A DNA stretch of 64,000 nucleotides from Ignavibacteria bacterium (GTDB lineage: Bacteria > Bacteroidota > Ignavibacteria > Kapaibacteriales > Kapaibacteriaceae): NCBI GenBank assembly GCA_016707005.1, contig JADJIQ010000001.1:395846-459845 (forward strand). Reading direction: 5' to 3'. Within the stretch, counting starts at the first letter, position 1. Each line of letters opens with the position of its first letter. The position numbers and the translations under genes were made by a program. The notes below the pieces were generated by a model. The model was given only the letters and a program-made list of their open reading frames with translations, did not search any database and was not told the origin of the DNA. Of this stretch, positions 10,973-20,700 are shown piece after piece.

Positions 10973-11200
10973 GGTAATTAGCAAATCATACTCCGCTACC
11001 TTGATATCAAACTCTGCCCCAGGTGAATACATCTGTGCGGTTTCATCGCTAAGAGGCTTGGTGACGCGCACAGTAGCCCAGCAGCCGCCGTGGAATTTTA
11101 CGACCTCTGCCGCGTATAGAGGTTTGCCGCGCAGAGAGACATTGTAGGTGTTGCCAACAACGAAAGCTTCCTTAGCGACCTTATCGTGGACTGGTTTCAT
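10970..11200 (-). CDS. hypothetical small protein
   Basis: 76-aa ORF whose start overlaps the aspartokinase stop in ATGA fashion. No recognised domain. Confidence 0.4.
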   Translation of the reverse strand: MKPVHDKVAKEAFVVGNTYNVSLRGKPLYAAEVVKFHGGCWATVRVTKPLSDETAQMYSPGAEFDIKVAEYDLLIT

Positions 11201-12351
11201 GATGTTGGGTCCTGTGAACTGAGTTGAAGGTGAAGTCTACGCACCACATCCGATGCAACGTGTGCAGGTACGCGCAGTACGGCAGTGCGATCTGCATGCG
11301 ACGTATGAACGTCACATGGCGTGTCGGAGTGTAGTTCAAGTACAACGGACGTAACGGCCGGAAGCCATTGCGGGCAATCGATGAAGACCGTAGTGATCTC
11401 CACATCTGACCCGGCATGATCGGCGATCACGATCGGCAGGCATTGTCCGGGCGCACCATCAATGATCGTGGATTCACCGTTCGGATGTTCAGCACTGGCA
11501 ATACGGATGGGGAGTCCCGAGACCGCAGCCGGATCGATCATCGTAGGATAAAGAAGCTTGAGCCCGTGATGAGCAGCCACCCGAGCCTGATCATAGGTTA
11601 AATGTGGACGTATCGATGTGTTCTCCGTTGTGTGCGGATCGGCACTGCGGATACCTTCCACGTCGGTGAAGATCACCACTTCTTGTGCCTCGAGCAGGGA
11701 GCCAAGGAGCGTTGCTGTGAGGTTGGAAGACTCTTTGCCCATCGTGGTTGTGGCTCCATCCTCAGAACGCCCTACAAAGCCCTGCACCAGTACGATCCGA
11801 TGTTTGGAAAGGGCCGGGAGAAGTTCATGCTGGACCCGGATCGCCGTTTTTTCCGGTATGGGGCTAGCTTTTCCGTGGTCTGCTGTCGTTACGATAACCG
11901 TCTGGGCGTCTACGCCAACCACATCCAGACCAGCCTCCTGCAAGACGTGACGCGCAATGTGGAGGGCAAAGAACTCCCCATGGGCCAAGATCCTGTCCAA
12001 CGTCTTTGGGGTTAGCTGTCGCGTGGTGGACACCCCGTCCAAAACAGCCGTAAGAGCCGTGCGTGCTTCGTCTAGCAACGCCTCCATTCCCTCGCGGGTG
12101 GTTGCCGATGGCAACAGCGCCCTCACAAGCGTTCGATGGTCTGCCACCACCTGGTCCAGACGCTCGCGCGCCTCGGCAGCCAAACCCTTCTGGGCAAGGC
12201 GGGAGGCAAACTCAAGGTCTCGGGTTGCCGTGGCAAATGCTGACACCACTACCAGGGTACCATGACCAGGCTGAGCTTGAAGGATGCGAACCATACGCCG
12301 GAACCCGTCCGGCTCGCGGAGCACGGCTCCGCCGAATTTCATGACGATCAT
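11197..12351 (-). CDS. aspartate kinase (amino-acid kinase family with C-terminal ACT-like region)
   Basis: MKFGG N-terminus, VVVSAF, VQGFVG...TTMGKESSNLTATLLG...IFTDVEGIRSADP matches the aspartokinase catalytic core. Length 384 aa. Confidence 0.7.
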   Translation of the reverse strand: MIVMKFGGAVLREPDGFRRMVRILQAQPGHGTLVVVSAFATATRDLEFASRLAQKGLAAEARERLDQVVADHRTLVRALLPSATTREGMEALLDEARTALTAVLDGVSTTRQLTPKTLDRILAHGEFFALHIARHVLQEAGLDVVGVDAQTVIVTTADHGKASPIPEKTAIRVQHELLPALSKHRIVLVQGFVGRSEDGATTTMGKESSNLTATLLGSLLEAQEVVIFTDVEGIRSADPHTTENTSIRPHLTYDQARVAAHHGLKLLYPTMIDPAAVSGLPIRIASAEHPNGESTIIDGAPGQCLPIVIADHAGSDVEITTVFIDCPQWLPAVTSVVLELHSDTPCDVHTSHADRTAVLRVPAHVASDVVRRLHLQLSSQDPTS

Positions 12352-12393
12352 GCGGCAAATCTAGCACCTGCCAAGTGACCATTCAGCAAGTAC

Positions 12394-12424
12394 TTGCATA
12401 GAATTGTGAACTGCCGTATGTTTG
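12394..12424 (+). promoter_or_regulatory. Bacteroidota-type sigma-A promoter candidate for DUF4295-rpmE-rpsR operon
   Basis: -33 TTG at 12394-12396, then a 20-nt spacer, then -7 TATGTTTG (TAnnTTTG) at 12417-12424. Partly overlaps the 12-nt perfect palindrome GCAAGTACTTGC (12386-12397). Confidence 0.45.
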
Positions 12425-12472
12425 TTGTTCCCACGGAAACGAACTACTCAACCTCAGGCTATTGAGGACGAC

Positions 12473-12646
12473 ATGGCTAAGCAGCAAACATTCGGCGACA
12501 AGACAAAGAAAAAAGCCGGCGATTCGAAGATCAGCGTCAAGGTCATCAAGGCCTTCCGCTCAGAGAAGGGCACCGTTAAGTACATGGAGCGCTTCGTAAA
12601 GGTCGACGACGTTGGACAAATCGACAAGATGGATTTCACGAGGTAA
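12473..12646 (+). CDS. small basic protein, DUF4295-like (ribosomal-protein-associated)
   Basis: 57-aa Lys-rich protein [28 protein letters not shown] directly upstream of rpmE. This resembles the DUF4295 proteins found next to ribosomal protein genes in Bacteroidota. Confidence 0.4.
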   Translation: MAKQQTFGDKTKKKAGDSKISVKVIKAFRSEKGTVKYMERFVKVDDVGQIDKMDFTR

Positions 12647-12651
12647 TTTCG

Positions 12652-12894
12652 ATGAAGAAGGGCATTCACCCCGCATACAAGACCATCGACATCGTAATGA
12701 CCGATGGTACCACCTACAAGACCCGTTCGTGCTTCAAGGGCGATCGCATGGTTCTTGAAATCGATTCAAAGTCACATCCGTTCTACACGGGCAAGCAAAT
12801 GCTCATAGACACGGCTGGTCGCGTTGACCGATTCAAGAAGCGTCTCGAAAAGACCCAGGCCGTGCGCGACGCGAAGGCCGCACAAGGAAAGTAA
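12652..12894 (+). CDS. rpmE: 50S ribosomal protein L31
   Basis: [10 protein letters not shown]...SHPFYTGKQ...GRVDRFKKR is the classic L31 signature. Confidence 0.9.
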   Translation: MKKGIHPAYKTIDIVMTDGTTYKTRSCFKGDRMVLEIDSKSHPFYTGKQMLIDTAGRVDRFKKRLEKTQAVRDAKAAQGK

Positions 12895-12909
12895 ACAGGA
12901 GATTATCAC

Positions 12910-13185
12910 GTGGCAATGCCAACCTCACCAAATCCGAATACGATCAATTCGCCGTTCCGCCAAAAGCGGAACCAACCGAAGAAGCGTACAAATCCACTCA
13001 AGAAGTCGCGTTTGATCGATTACCTCGATCCGAAGTTCTTGGGTCGCTTCACGAACGACCAAGGCAAGATCCTGCCCCGTCGTATCACTGGCGTAACGGC
13101 TCTTCAGCAACGTCGCCTCTGCAGCGCGATCAAGTATGCACGCCACCTGGCACTGCTGCCGTTCGTAGCGCAAGACACGCGTTAA
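12910..13185 (+). CDS. rpsR: 30S ribosomal protein S18
   Basis: [34 protein letters not shown] matches the S18 core. Confidence 0.85.
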   Translation: MAMPTSPNPNTINSPFRQKRNQPKKRTNPLKKSRLIDYLDPKFLGRFTNDQGKILPRRITGVTALQQRRLCSAIKYARHLALLPFVAQDTR

Positions 13186-13187
13186 GA

Positions 13188-13280
13188 AATGACGTTAAGA
13201 CAGTTATGACGTTATGACAATTATGACGGTTATGACAGCTGTAACCCCGTAACTGAGTAACTACGTAACTGAGTAACTTC
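13188..13280. repeat. tandem word arrays: (TTATGAC)-like x5 then (GTAACTNN)x5
   Basis: aatgacgttaagacagTTATGACgTTATGACaaTTATGACggTTATGACag then GTAACcccGTAACTgaGTAACTacGTAACTgaGTAACTt, starting 3 nt after the rpsR stop. Confidence 0.8.
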
Positions 13281-13298
13281 TCAAAAGAGTAATTATCC

Positions 13299-13328
13299 AA
13301 AAAAGCCCCGCACTGCGGGGCTTTTTTC
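13299..13328. terminator. bidirectional rho-independent terminator
   Basis: AAAAAA-GCCCCGC-ACT-GCGGGGC-TTTTTT between the convergent rpsR and queG-like genes. Confidence 0.85.
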
Positions 13329-13329
13329 G

Positions 13330-14385
13330 TTAGCGCTTGCTGGCATCCACGGCGTGATGCGGAGTGGGACGTCGGCCTCGCTCTCGATGGACCTGTGGGT
13401 ATTCGTGTCTATCAAGAAGAGGGACAGAGTCGCAGACAGGAGGGGGATCGTGCATTACAACCGTGGGGAAGATCTTGGTGGGCTCGCCATTGAAATCTTT
13501 TGCCCATTCCTTGTGGTTGTAGACGCAGACGGGTAAGCAGGCTGAGCAATAGTTGTGTTTGGCGAAGTAGGGGAAACACTTGCCGGTGTCCACCTTGTAT
13601 CGATCATTCCCTAGGTGATCCTTGCCAGCCTCGGGGCTGCGTTCATCCGGAATGGCGTCTGCCGGACAATAGATCCTGCATGCCTTGCACGTATCGCAGA
13701 AGGCGGCAATGCCTGCGTCGATCGGTGCATCACATGCAAGAGGCATTGAGGTGAGCACACTCCCCATGCGAAACAATGGACCAAGCTCGGGGTTGATGAT
13801 GCTACCATGTCTTCCAAGTTCACCAAAACCAGCCTTGAGCCCGATCGGGATGTGAAGCACGTTACTGTCGCCCAGCGGGTGTTCTACTCGGCAGGCATAG
13901 CCCCGCTTGCGAAGGGCATCTGCCAGACCGATCACCACCTCGCCGAGGTCGTGATAGATCCGCATACATTCGATGGCACTTCGCGTATCCGGCACGCTCT
14001 GGAATTCGGCGTATCGCATGCGTTTCCCGACAGCGATTGCGAAGTGTTCGTGAACCTCTCGGCCTCGGTAGATATCAGATGGTTCTATTGCGCAGATACC
14101 AACGATGTCGGCACCAAGGTCTCGCGCTACGGACTTTACCCACGTAGCTGCTTCTTGACCACCAGAGAAAGGCTGCTCAACGTCTGCAACGGGTCCGGTG
14201 AAACGAGGCGCTTGTTCATCATGAATGAGATGCAGGTATTCCTGTACTTCGGAGATCACGATCGAACGACCGCCAACGCCCGCATACCACTCCGCCCAGG
14301 CGAATGCCGGTACTGCATCAGGTGCTGCCCTTATCGGCTCTGATAGGTAGTTGTGGTTGGATGAAAGTGTTTCCATGATTGCCAA
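13330..14385 (-). CDS. QueG-like 4Fe-4S protein (epoxyqueuosine reductase / reductive-dehalogenase-like family)
   Basis: LGADIVGICAIEP N-region, a central GFGELGRHGSII segment, and two Cys clusters CDTCKACRIYCP and CSACLPVCVYN. Has an ~80-aa N-terminal extension that is unusual for QueG. Confidence 0.5.
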   Translation of the reverse strand: MAIMETLSSNHNYLSEPIRAAPDAVPAFAWAEWYAGVGGRSIVISEVQEYLHLIHDEQAPRFTGPVADVEQPFSGGQEAATWVKSVARDLGADIVGICAIEPSDIYRGREVHEHFAIAVGKRMRYAEFQSVPDTRSAIECMRIYHDLGEVVIGLADALRKRGYACRVEHPLGDSNVLHIPIGLKAGFGELGRHGSIINPELGPLFRMGSVLTSMPLACDAPIDAGIAAFCDTCKACRIYCPADAIPDERSPEAGKDHLGNDRYKVDTGKCFPYFAKHNYCSACLPVCVYNHKEWAKDFNGEPTKIFPTVVMHDPPPVCDSVPLLDRHEYPQVHRERGRRPTPHHAVDASKR

Positions 14386-15431
14386 TACTCTCGATACGAT
14401 TGAACAACCACACCGGATGTGATGGAGTCGCGAAAGACCGTGACAGGAGAACCGAACGATGTTGGGCGTTGAAACGCTATGACCGTTGCATTAACGGTGT
14501 CCCTGATCACAGATACGTTCGATCGCATCACAAGATCGCGCACCGGATAGGCGCGAGCTGCGCCGTTGATCTCTACACCGATGACCAAGGATCGTTTCCC
14601 GTACGACTGCGTTGTATCGCCGGTGCGGACTGCAAAGCCCCTTGACCAATCATAACGATCACCTGTTGCTTCATCAGGAACAAAGGTGGAGACGGACGAG
14701 ACATTTGTAAGGGCTAACATTTCTGACACGGTGCCCTGTGTGAACGGAACATCCGAAAAGACCTTTCCCTTCTGGGGTCCTACAACACATTCTCCTGTGG
14801 CCTGATACCACCAGCTGCCCGTTGTTCGGTCCTCGAAGATCGCATTGAAGTGATTGGCTCCAACAAGACGAAACGTCTCATGTTTGCCATCGATCATCGG
14901 TGAATAAACACGTCCGGTATGACACATCGTGCAATAGGTCACAAGAACCGGGACGCCCCCTACAGTGTCGTGGATCTTATGATGATGGGCTACGAGGTCA
15001 AGTGGATAGCCGGCTGCTTGACCATTGAGATACACCCACATGTAGACCGTTGTATCGGACGAAGCCTGCGAAGGATCTATCTGTGTTCTCTTGACCGAAG
15101 AGGGTTCGTTGAACATCTCTTCTGCAGATGCTTCGGTACGCGACAAATAGTGAAGGCCTCCGGCAAGGACGACGAGAAGAACGATCAGCGTTCTCCACCA
15201 CCATCGCGTTGATGGCCATGTGTTGATGATGCCGATCAACATTAGACCGATACCGATCCCGATGGAGAGATACTGTACTTGATAGACCACATAGGAGAAC
15301 GTGATGCTATCCCACTCTTGCATGGCCGGCACAATGGGCATGAGCGTTAAGCCCAGGGCCAGAGCAGGAACGATGACAAAGAGCCATCCGATGAGAATGA
15401 AGGACCAACGATACTGCTGTAGCATGAACAC
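14331..15431 (-). CDS. DUF3179 domain membrane protein
   Basis: N-terminal TM helices. The core VPVLVTYCTMCHTGRVYSPMIDG...LVGANHFNAIFEDRTTGSWW matches the DUF3179 signature. Confidence 0.55.
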   Translation of the reverse strand: MFMLQQYRWSFILIGWLFVIVPALALGLTLMPIVPAMQEWDSITFSYVVYQVQYLSIGIGIGLMLIGIINTWPSTRWWWRTLIVLLVVLAGGLHYLSRTEASAEEMFNEPSSVKRTQIDPSQASSDTTVYMWVYLNGQAAGYPLDLVAHHHKIHDTVGGVPVLVTYCTMCHTGRVYSPMIDGKHETFRLVGANHFNAIFEDRTTGSWWYQATGECVVGPQKGKVFSDVPFTQGTVSEMLALTNVSSVSTFVPDEATGDRYDWSRGFAVRTGDTTQSYGKRSLVIGVEINGAARAYPVRDLVMRSNVSVIRDTVNATVIAFQRPTSFGSPVTVFRDSITSGVVVQSYREYWQSWKHFHPTTTTYQSR

Positions 15432-15514
15432 ACTCCAGATAAGGCCTTCAATATCGGTCGTATGAACGTTCAGTTCACAGGTCGGATAGGCGCTTCGAAC
15501 ATTAGTAGCTTAGG

Positions 15515-16606
15515 TCAAATGGGGCGTCGTCTATTGCGGACATAATCCACAAACATGTCCTTGCCCAAACCATCGAGAGCCGTGTAGAATGCTCTTCCCC
15601 GATTTGCCTTGGTGAGATCTTCCACGAATTGGACGAGGTACGGATCCTGTGCGATCATGAATGTTGCAATGGTAATGCCGTCCCGTCGGCAGGCCACTGC
15701 TTCGTCGAGAGTCTTGTTGACGATCATTTGATCCAGCCCCCAGGAGTTCTTGTAGATCGTGCCGTTCTCCATCGTGAGGGCGGATGGTTTACCATCGGTG
15801 ATCATGAAGATCTGTTTGTTCACTGAGCGAGATCGACGAAGTAGCTGACGGGCAAGTCGAAGTCCATCACGTGTGTTTGTATGAAAGGGGCCAACAGTGA
15901 GGTAGGGGAGGTCTTTCACCGATACCCGACGGGCCTCGTCACCAAAGACCACAACTTCAAGAGAGTCCTTGGGGAACTTGGTTTGGATCAACTCAGACAG
16001 TGCGATAGCAACTTGCTTCGCAGGTGTGATCCTATCCTCGCCATAGAGGATCATCGAGTGTGAAATGTCGATCATCACTACTGTAGAGCAACGAGTCTGG
16101 AGCTCCGTTTCATAAACCCGGATATCGTCCTCGCGGAGGTCCGAGCCCTCGATGTCACCGGTGCGCTTGAAGAGGTTGGACATCGTTTCCGTGACGTCGA
16201 TATTCGCCGCCTGGTCGCCGAATGCATATGAGCGTGTGTCGGGGGTTCTTTCAACTCCAGAACCCGAGAAGGGGGCGTCATGGTTGCCGGGATCTGCCTT
16301 TTTCAGTGAGCTGAAGATCTCGTTCAGGGCATCGGTGCGCATTTTTCGGTCCGCCTTGGGGGTAGGCCGGAGATTCCCGTTCTCATCGGTATCAAGGAAC
16401 CCTTGCGTTTGGAGGAGTCGAACAAAGTCATCCATGGACATCGACCGAAGCAGGCCGTGTTTTTCGTCGAGATCCCGAAGGATGTCGAGCGCCTGTTCTG
16501 CATCTCCGCTCACGTGTAAGAGGACGTAGGAAAAGATGTTGAGCATCCGCTCCAGCTCTTGTTCAGCTGTAGAAGACGTCTCGGTCCAGCGCGAATAGAT
16601 GATCAT
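15515..16606 (-). CDS. von Willebrand factor type A (VWA) domain protein
   Basis: MIDISHSM (MIDAS-like DxSxS) ...VVVFGDEA...FMITDGKPS. No adjacent MoxR-type ATPase. Confidence 0.6.
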   Translation of the reverse strand: MIIYSRWTETSSTAEQELERMLNIFSYVLLHVSGDAEQALDILRDLDEKHGLLRSMSMDDFVRLLQTQGFLDTDENGNLRPTPKADRKMRTDALNEIFSSLKKADPGNHDAPFSGSGVERTPDTRSYAFGDQAANIDVTETMSNLFKRTGDIEGSDLREDDIRVYETELQTRCSTVVMIDISHSMILYGEDRITPAKQVAIALSELIQTKFPKDSLEVVVFGDEARRVSVKDLPYLTVGPFHTNTRDGLRLARQLLRRSRSVNKQIFMITDGKPSALTMENGTIYKNSWGLDQMIVNKTLDEAVACRRDGITIATFMIAQDPYLVQFVEDLTKANRGRAFYTALDGLGKDMFVDYVRNRRRPI

Positions 16607-16652
16607 GACCCAATTTACTTCGATATGTGGGCAATTTCTCGCCCCCTACCTT

Positions 16653-16682
16653 TTGTCATTATTTGGGAAGGCGCTATATTTG
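16653..16682 (+). promoter_or_regulatory. Bacteroidota-type promoter for tRNA-Gln
   Basis: -33 TTG at 16653-16655, then a 19-nt spacer, then -7 TATATTTG at 16675-16682. The tRNA 5' end lies 14 nt downstream. Confidence 0.5.
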
Positions 16683-16695
16683 CGGCTCTCCCAAT

Positions 16696-16769
<74 letters not shown>

Positions 16770-16795
16770 AAGAAAGATCACAAGCCGGAAAACCC

Positions 16796-17743
16796 GTGGA
16801 CTCAGAGATAACCATCGTCGCCGGCAGGTCTAACTTTGACATCGCGCAGAAGATCGCACGGGCGACACATCGCGAGCTGTCAGAAGTTACGATCCGCAAT
16901 TTCAGTGATGGTGAGATCTGGGTCAAGTACGAAGAGAATGTACGCGGTGTTGATCTCTACATCGTTCAATCGACATTTGCTCCGGCGGACAACCTGTTGG
17001 AGCTTTTGATGTTGATCGATGCTGCCAAGCGTGCTTCGGCTCGCCGCATCACGGCTGTGATCCCGTACTTTGGATATGCGCGTCAGGATCGGAAAGATCA
17101 ACCTCGGGTGGCGATCACGGCGAAGCTGGTGGCCAATCTCCTTGTTGAGGCTGGTGCCAATCGTGTTGTGACCATGGATCTTCATACGCCGCAGCTGCAG
17201 GGGTTCTTCGATATTCCTCTCGATCACCTTTACGCTTCAACGGTAACAGTGCGGATGCTGAAGTCACTTGGACTTCAGAATTTGGCAGTAGCCGCGCCGG
17301 ACGTCGGAGGTGTGAAAACAGCTCGGGCCTATGCAAAGATGCTTGGTGATGCAGACCTCGTGGTTGTTGATAAGCGTCGGCCAAAGCACAATGTTGCTGA
17401 GGTGATGAATATCATCGGTGAAGTGCAAGGGAAGAACATCATCATCATTGATGATCTGATCGACACAGGCAGCACGTTCGTTCAGTGTGCAGAATCATTG
17501 AAAAAAGCGGGAGCAGAGACCATCATCGGGGTCTGCACCCATCCGGTGTTCTCCGGCGAGGCGGTGGAACGGATCTCGAAAAGTGAAGCGCTTACCCGCC
17601 TTTACGTTACCGATACCATCCCACTTCGTGTAGAGAACCCAAAGATCGAAGTTATCAGTGTGGCCGGGCTATTCGCCGAGGCGATCATCCGTACGCACGA
17701 GAATCAATCCATCAGCTCGTTGTTCGATAAGGCAGAGAGCTGA
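16796..17743 (+). CDS. prs: ribose-phosphate pyrophosphokinase
   Basis: The whole 315-aa protein is collinear with Prs (GVDLYIVQS, DLHTPQLQGFFDIP, PRPP-binding IIIDDLIDTGST). Confidence 0.95.
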   Translation: MDSEITIVAGRSNFDIAQKIARATHRELSEVTIRNFSDGEIWVKYEENVRGVDLYIVQSTFAPADNLLELLMLIDAAKRASARRITAVIPYFGYARQDRKDQPRVAITAKLVANLLVEAGANRVVTMDLHTPQLQGFFDIPLDHLYASTVTVRMLKSLGLQNLAVAAPDVGGVKTARAYAKMLGDADLVVVDKRRPKHNVAEVMNIIGEVQGKNIIIIDDLIDTGSTFVQCAESLKKAGAETIIGVCTHPVFSGEAVERISKSEALTRLYVTDTIPLRVENPKIEVISVAGLFAEAIIRTHENQSISSLFDKAES

Positions 17744-17777
17744 TCCACCTCGACAACATTCATCGACAGGTACTACC

Positions 17778-18362
17778 ATGAGTCAGATCGTCCTTCAAGC
17801 CGAGCCACGTGAGCCGGGCCAGACCGGAGCCAAGCAGCTTCGCCGCAATGACCGCGTCCCAGGCGTGTATTATGCAAAGGGTCAAGATCCTGTGCACTTC
17901 TCCGTTCAGAAGCTTGCTCTTCGTCCGGTGGTCTATACAGCCGAAGCCAAGACCGTTCGCCTCGAAGTTGATGGCAAGGGGCTCCTTTGCGTCCTCAAGG
18001 ATGTGATGTTTGACCCGGTAACGGACAAGATCCTTCACGTTGACCTGCTCGGCGTAGCAGCCGGTGAGAAGATCGCCGTAGAGATCCCGCTTCACATCGT
18101 GGGCCTCTCGATCGGTGTTCGTGACGGTGGTAGCTTGGAGCACGTGATGCACAAGGCCCATGTCCGCGTAGACCCAACGATCATGCCTGAGCACATTGAC
18201 ATTGATGTGTCGGATCTTGTAAAGGGTGCTGCGATCCATATCAGCGATCTCAACATTCCTGGTGTGGAATTCACAGACCGTCCGGATGCAGTGATCGTGG
18301 CCTGCCATGCACCTAAGGTTGCAACTGCTGAAGAAACAGCTGAAGCCGCCAAGAAGGGCTGA
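17778..18362 (+). CDS. rplY: 50S ribosomal protein L25 / general stress protein Ctc
   Basis: L25/Ctc N-terminal beta-barrel LQAEPREPGQTGAKQLRRNDRVPGVYY plus Ctc C-terminal domain. Start set at the internal ATG at 17778; the longer GTG ORF would overlap prs. Confidence 0.85.
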   Translation: MSQIVLQAEPREPGQTGAKQLRRNDRVPGVYYAKGQDPVHFSVQKLALRPVVYTAEAKTVRLEVDGKGLLCVLKDVMFDPVTDKILHVDLLGVAAGEKIAVEIPLHIVGLSIGVRDGGSLEHVMHKAHVRVDPTIMPEHIDIDVSDLVKGAAIHISDLNIPGVEFTDRPDAVIVACHAPKVATAEETAEAAKKG

Positions 18363-18392
18363 TCGAGCCTCACGATCAATAATGAACTTCAA

Positions 18393-18422
18393 GAAGGCCT
18401 CCCGAACGGGAGGCCTTTTTTC
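18393..18422 (+). terminator. rho-independent terminator
   Basis: GGCCTCCCG-AAC-GGGAGGCC followed by TTTTTTCG after the rplY stop. Confidence 0.85.
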
Positions 18423-18561
18423 GTTGTGGGAGGTCGGTGTGGATGAAATGACGATGAATTAATACGTACCCTGACAAAAGTCATAGTTGGGGAGTTGACT
18501 CTCCCCGAGATTCGTACCCAAGAGTAAGACATCACAGTTCAAACACGCTGGGAGGCGAACA

Positions 18562-19140
18562 ATGAAAACGGTTCTAATGGTTGTATCCTTATTCCTTGCG
18601 ATAGGGGCCTTTGCTGAAGCAAAGGCAGATAAATACAGTGATAAGACAGTTTCGATGAAGATCGATGGAACGTCCACATTGCATGACTGGACCACTCCAG
18701 TTGGTAAGGTGAAGGCAAATGGTGACCTCACTGTTGCAAATGGCGAACTTCAGGCCGTTAATGCCATGTGGGTTCAAGCAGACGTCCTGTCCATTAAGTC
18801 CGAAAAAGGCGAGGACATGGACGAGAAGATCTACGAAGCTCTCAAGTCTGAAGAACATCCGAAGATCACGTACAACATGACGTCCATGAAGTCGATCAAG
18901 AAGGTCGGCGCGGAATACGTTGTCGAAACGAATGGCGATATGACGATCGCCGGTGCTACGAAGAAGATCGACATGACAGTTAAGGGGACAGTTCAGCCCA
19001 ATGGTGATGTTGTCTTCACGGGTTCTGTGAAGATGATGATGACCCATTATGGCATGGACCGCCCAACGGCCATGCTAGGCATGATCAAGTGCGGGGACGC
19101 GATCACCGTGTCCTTTACGCTGACGATGAAGAAGTCCTAA
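18562..19140 (+). CDS. YceI-like periplasmic protein (paralog 1)
   Basis: Signal peptide. YceI-like eight-stranded barrel motifs (EALKSEEHPKITYN, HYGMDRPTAMLGMIKCGDAITVSF). Confidence 0.65.
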   Translation: MKTVLMVVSLFLAIGAFAEAKADKYSDKTVSMKIDGTSTLHDWTTPVGKVKANGDLTVANGELQAVNAMWVQADVLSIKSEKGEDMDEKIYEALKSEEHPKITYNMTSMKSIKKVGAEYVVETNGDMTIAGATKKIDMTVKGTVQPNGDVVFTGSVKMMMTHYGMDRPTAMLGMIKCGDAITVSFTLTMKKS

Positions 19141-19182
19141 ACTCGAATCACCCAACACTCATTCACATCTCTGGGGACTGAA

Positions 19183-20595
19183 ATGAAAATGACGCGACTA
19201 CTCGCAATCTCGCTCGTGCTGCTGTCATCGATATCGATGGCAACGGCACAATGGATGGCGCCTATCCAATATTGGCGTCCGTATGACAAGTCCGGCTTGG
19301 GAATCTTTGAAACATCAAAAGACTCAGGTGCTGCATTCACAGGTCTTGCCGTTCGCATCGGTGGCGGTTTCACGCAAGGGTATCAGATGCTGAGCCACGA
19401 GAACTATGTAACGAACTCCGATGGCAAGCTCAATGAAGCTCCTGCCGGTGGATGGCTTCGTTCGGACTCGGCCAACGCGCTCTATAAGATCGGTGCCGGC
19501 TTCAACAACGCATCTGCGAATTTGAATATCGACGCCCAACTCGCACGTGGTGTTCGCATGAACCTCGTGCTCTATCTCTCGGCACGTCACCACCAAGAAA
19601 CATGGGTCAAGGGTGGTTACATCCAGATCGATGATCTTGGATTCCTCAATAGCTCCTTCTTGAACGACCTGATGCAGTATTTGACGATCAAGGTCGGTCA
19701 CATGGAGATCAACTATGGTGATGCCCACTTCCGTCGCTCTGATGGTGGTTCAACGATCTACAATCCGTTCATCGAAAACTACCTTATCGATGCCTTCACA
19801 ACGGAGATCGGTGCCGACCTCACATTCCAACACAGTGGCTTCCTTGCTGTTCTCGGTCTGACGAATGGTGAGATCAAGGGTAACATCGTTCCTCTTGCAG
19901 ACACACTTGACAAGTCGCCAGCCATCTATGCAAAGCTTGGCTATGATGGCAAGGTGAACGAAGACTTCCATTATCGCATCACCGGTTCCATGTACACGCA
20001 ATCTCAGTCACCACGGAACACGCTGTTCTGGGGAGACCGTACTGGATCGAACTACTACATGGTAATGGAAAAGCAGTATTCCACATACAATACTGTTCAA
20101 TCATCAACCACTGCTCAAGCATGGTCCGGTCGTATCAATCCGAACTTCGGAAACAACGTCACAGCGTTTGAGTTCAACGGCTTCCTCCAATTCGGCGGAC
20201 TGGAACTCTTCGCAACGTATGACATGGCAACAGGTGCTAACAGCCCTGCAGAGCACAACTCAACACTCGGCGATCGCAGTATGTCCCAGATCGCTGCTGA
20301 TCTCCTCTATCGCTTCGGCGACAGCCGCAACTTCTACCTTGGTGCACGCTATAACGGTGTAACAGTTGAAGAAGGTGCTTTGAAGGCAGACAAGAGTGAT
20401 TACCTCCAAACGAACGTTAGCCGCATCAGCTTCGCTGCTGGTTGGTACATTCTTGATCAACTCTTCCTCAAGGCAGAGTACATGATGCAGAACTACAATG
20501 ACTATCCAGCAACTGCAGATGGCTTCGCTTCGAACGACTATCGCAATGGTGGAAAGATCAGTGGTCTGACCATTCAAGCTGTCGTAGGCTTCTAA
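19183..20595 (+). CDS. predicted outer-membrane beta-barrel (porin-like) protein
   Basis: Signal peptide MKMTRLLAISLVLLSSISMATAQ. Alternating amphipathic strands, Tyr/Gly/Asn-rich. C-terminal ...AVVGF aromatic residue. Confidence 0.5.
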   Translation: MKMTRLLAISLVLLSSISMATAQWMAPIQYWRPYDKSGLGIFETSKDSGAAFTGLAVRIGGGFTQGYQMLSHENYVTNSDGKLNEAPAGGWLRSDSANALYKIGAGFNNASANLNIDAQLARGVRMNLVLYLSARHHQETWVKGGYIQIDDLGFLNSSFLNDLMQYLTIKVGHMEINYGDAHFRRSDGGSTIYNPFIENYLIDAFTTEIGADLTFQHSGFLAVLGLTNGEIKGNIVPLADTLDKSPAIYAKLGYDGKVNEDFHYRITGSMYTQSQSPRNTLFWGDRTGSNYYMVMEKQYSTYNTVQSSTTAQAWSGRINPNFGNNVTAFEFNGFLQFGGLELFATYDMATGANSPAEHNSTLGDRSMSQIAADLLYRFGDSRNFYLGARYNGVTVEEGALKADKSDYLQTNVSRISFAAGWYILDQLFLKAEYMMQNYNDYPATADGFASNDYRNGGKISGLTIQAVVGF

Positions 20596-20700
20596 AACAT
20601 CGGCCCCCAATGGCTGTGAACATGACGTCCGGACCTGCGATCAAATGCGATCTCAGGTCCGGCGTTGTTTTGTTCTGATCTTTCATCCGTAGCTTTCACC

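Noticed and set aside
12422-12472. The 5' 17 codons of the 12422 ORF as part of the DUF4295-like gene
   Set aside because: The candidate promoter -7 box (12417-12424) lies inside this extension. The internal ATG at 12473 gives a protein of typical size starting MAKQQ.
15515-16606. VWA protein as part of a MoxR-VWA or ternary defence/stress system
   Set aside because: No AAA+ MoxR ATPase or other partner is adjacent. The flanks are DUF3179 and a tRNA promoter. Left as a stand-alone VWA protein.
18459-18731. 90-aa minus-strand ORF overlapping the start of the first yceI-like gene
   Set aside because: It overlaps the signal-peptide region of a well-supported + strand gene, and has no motif.
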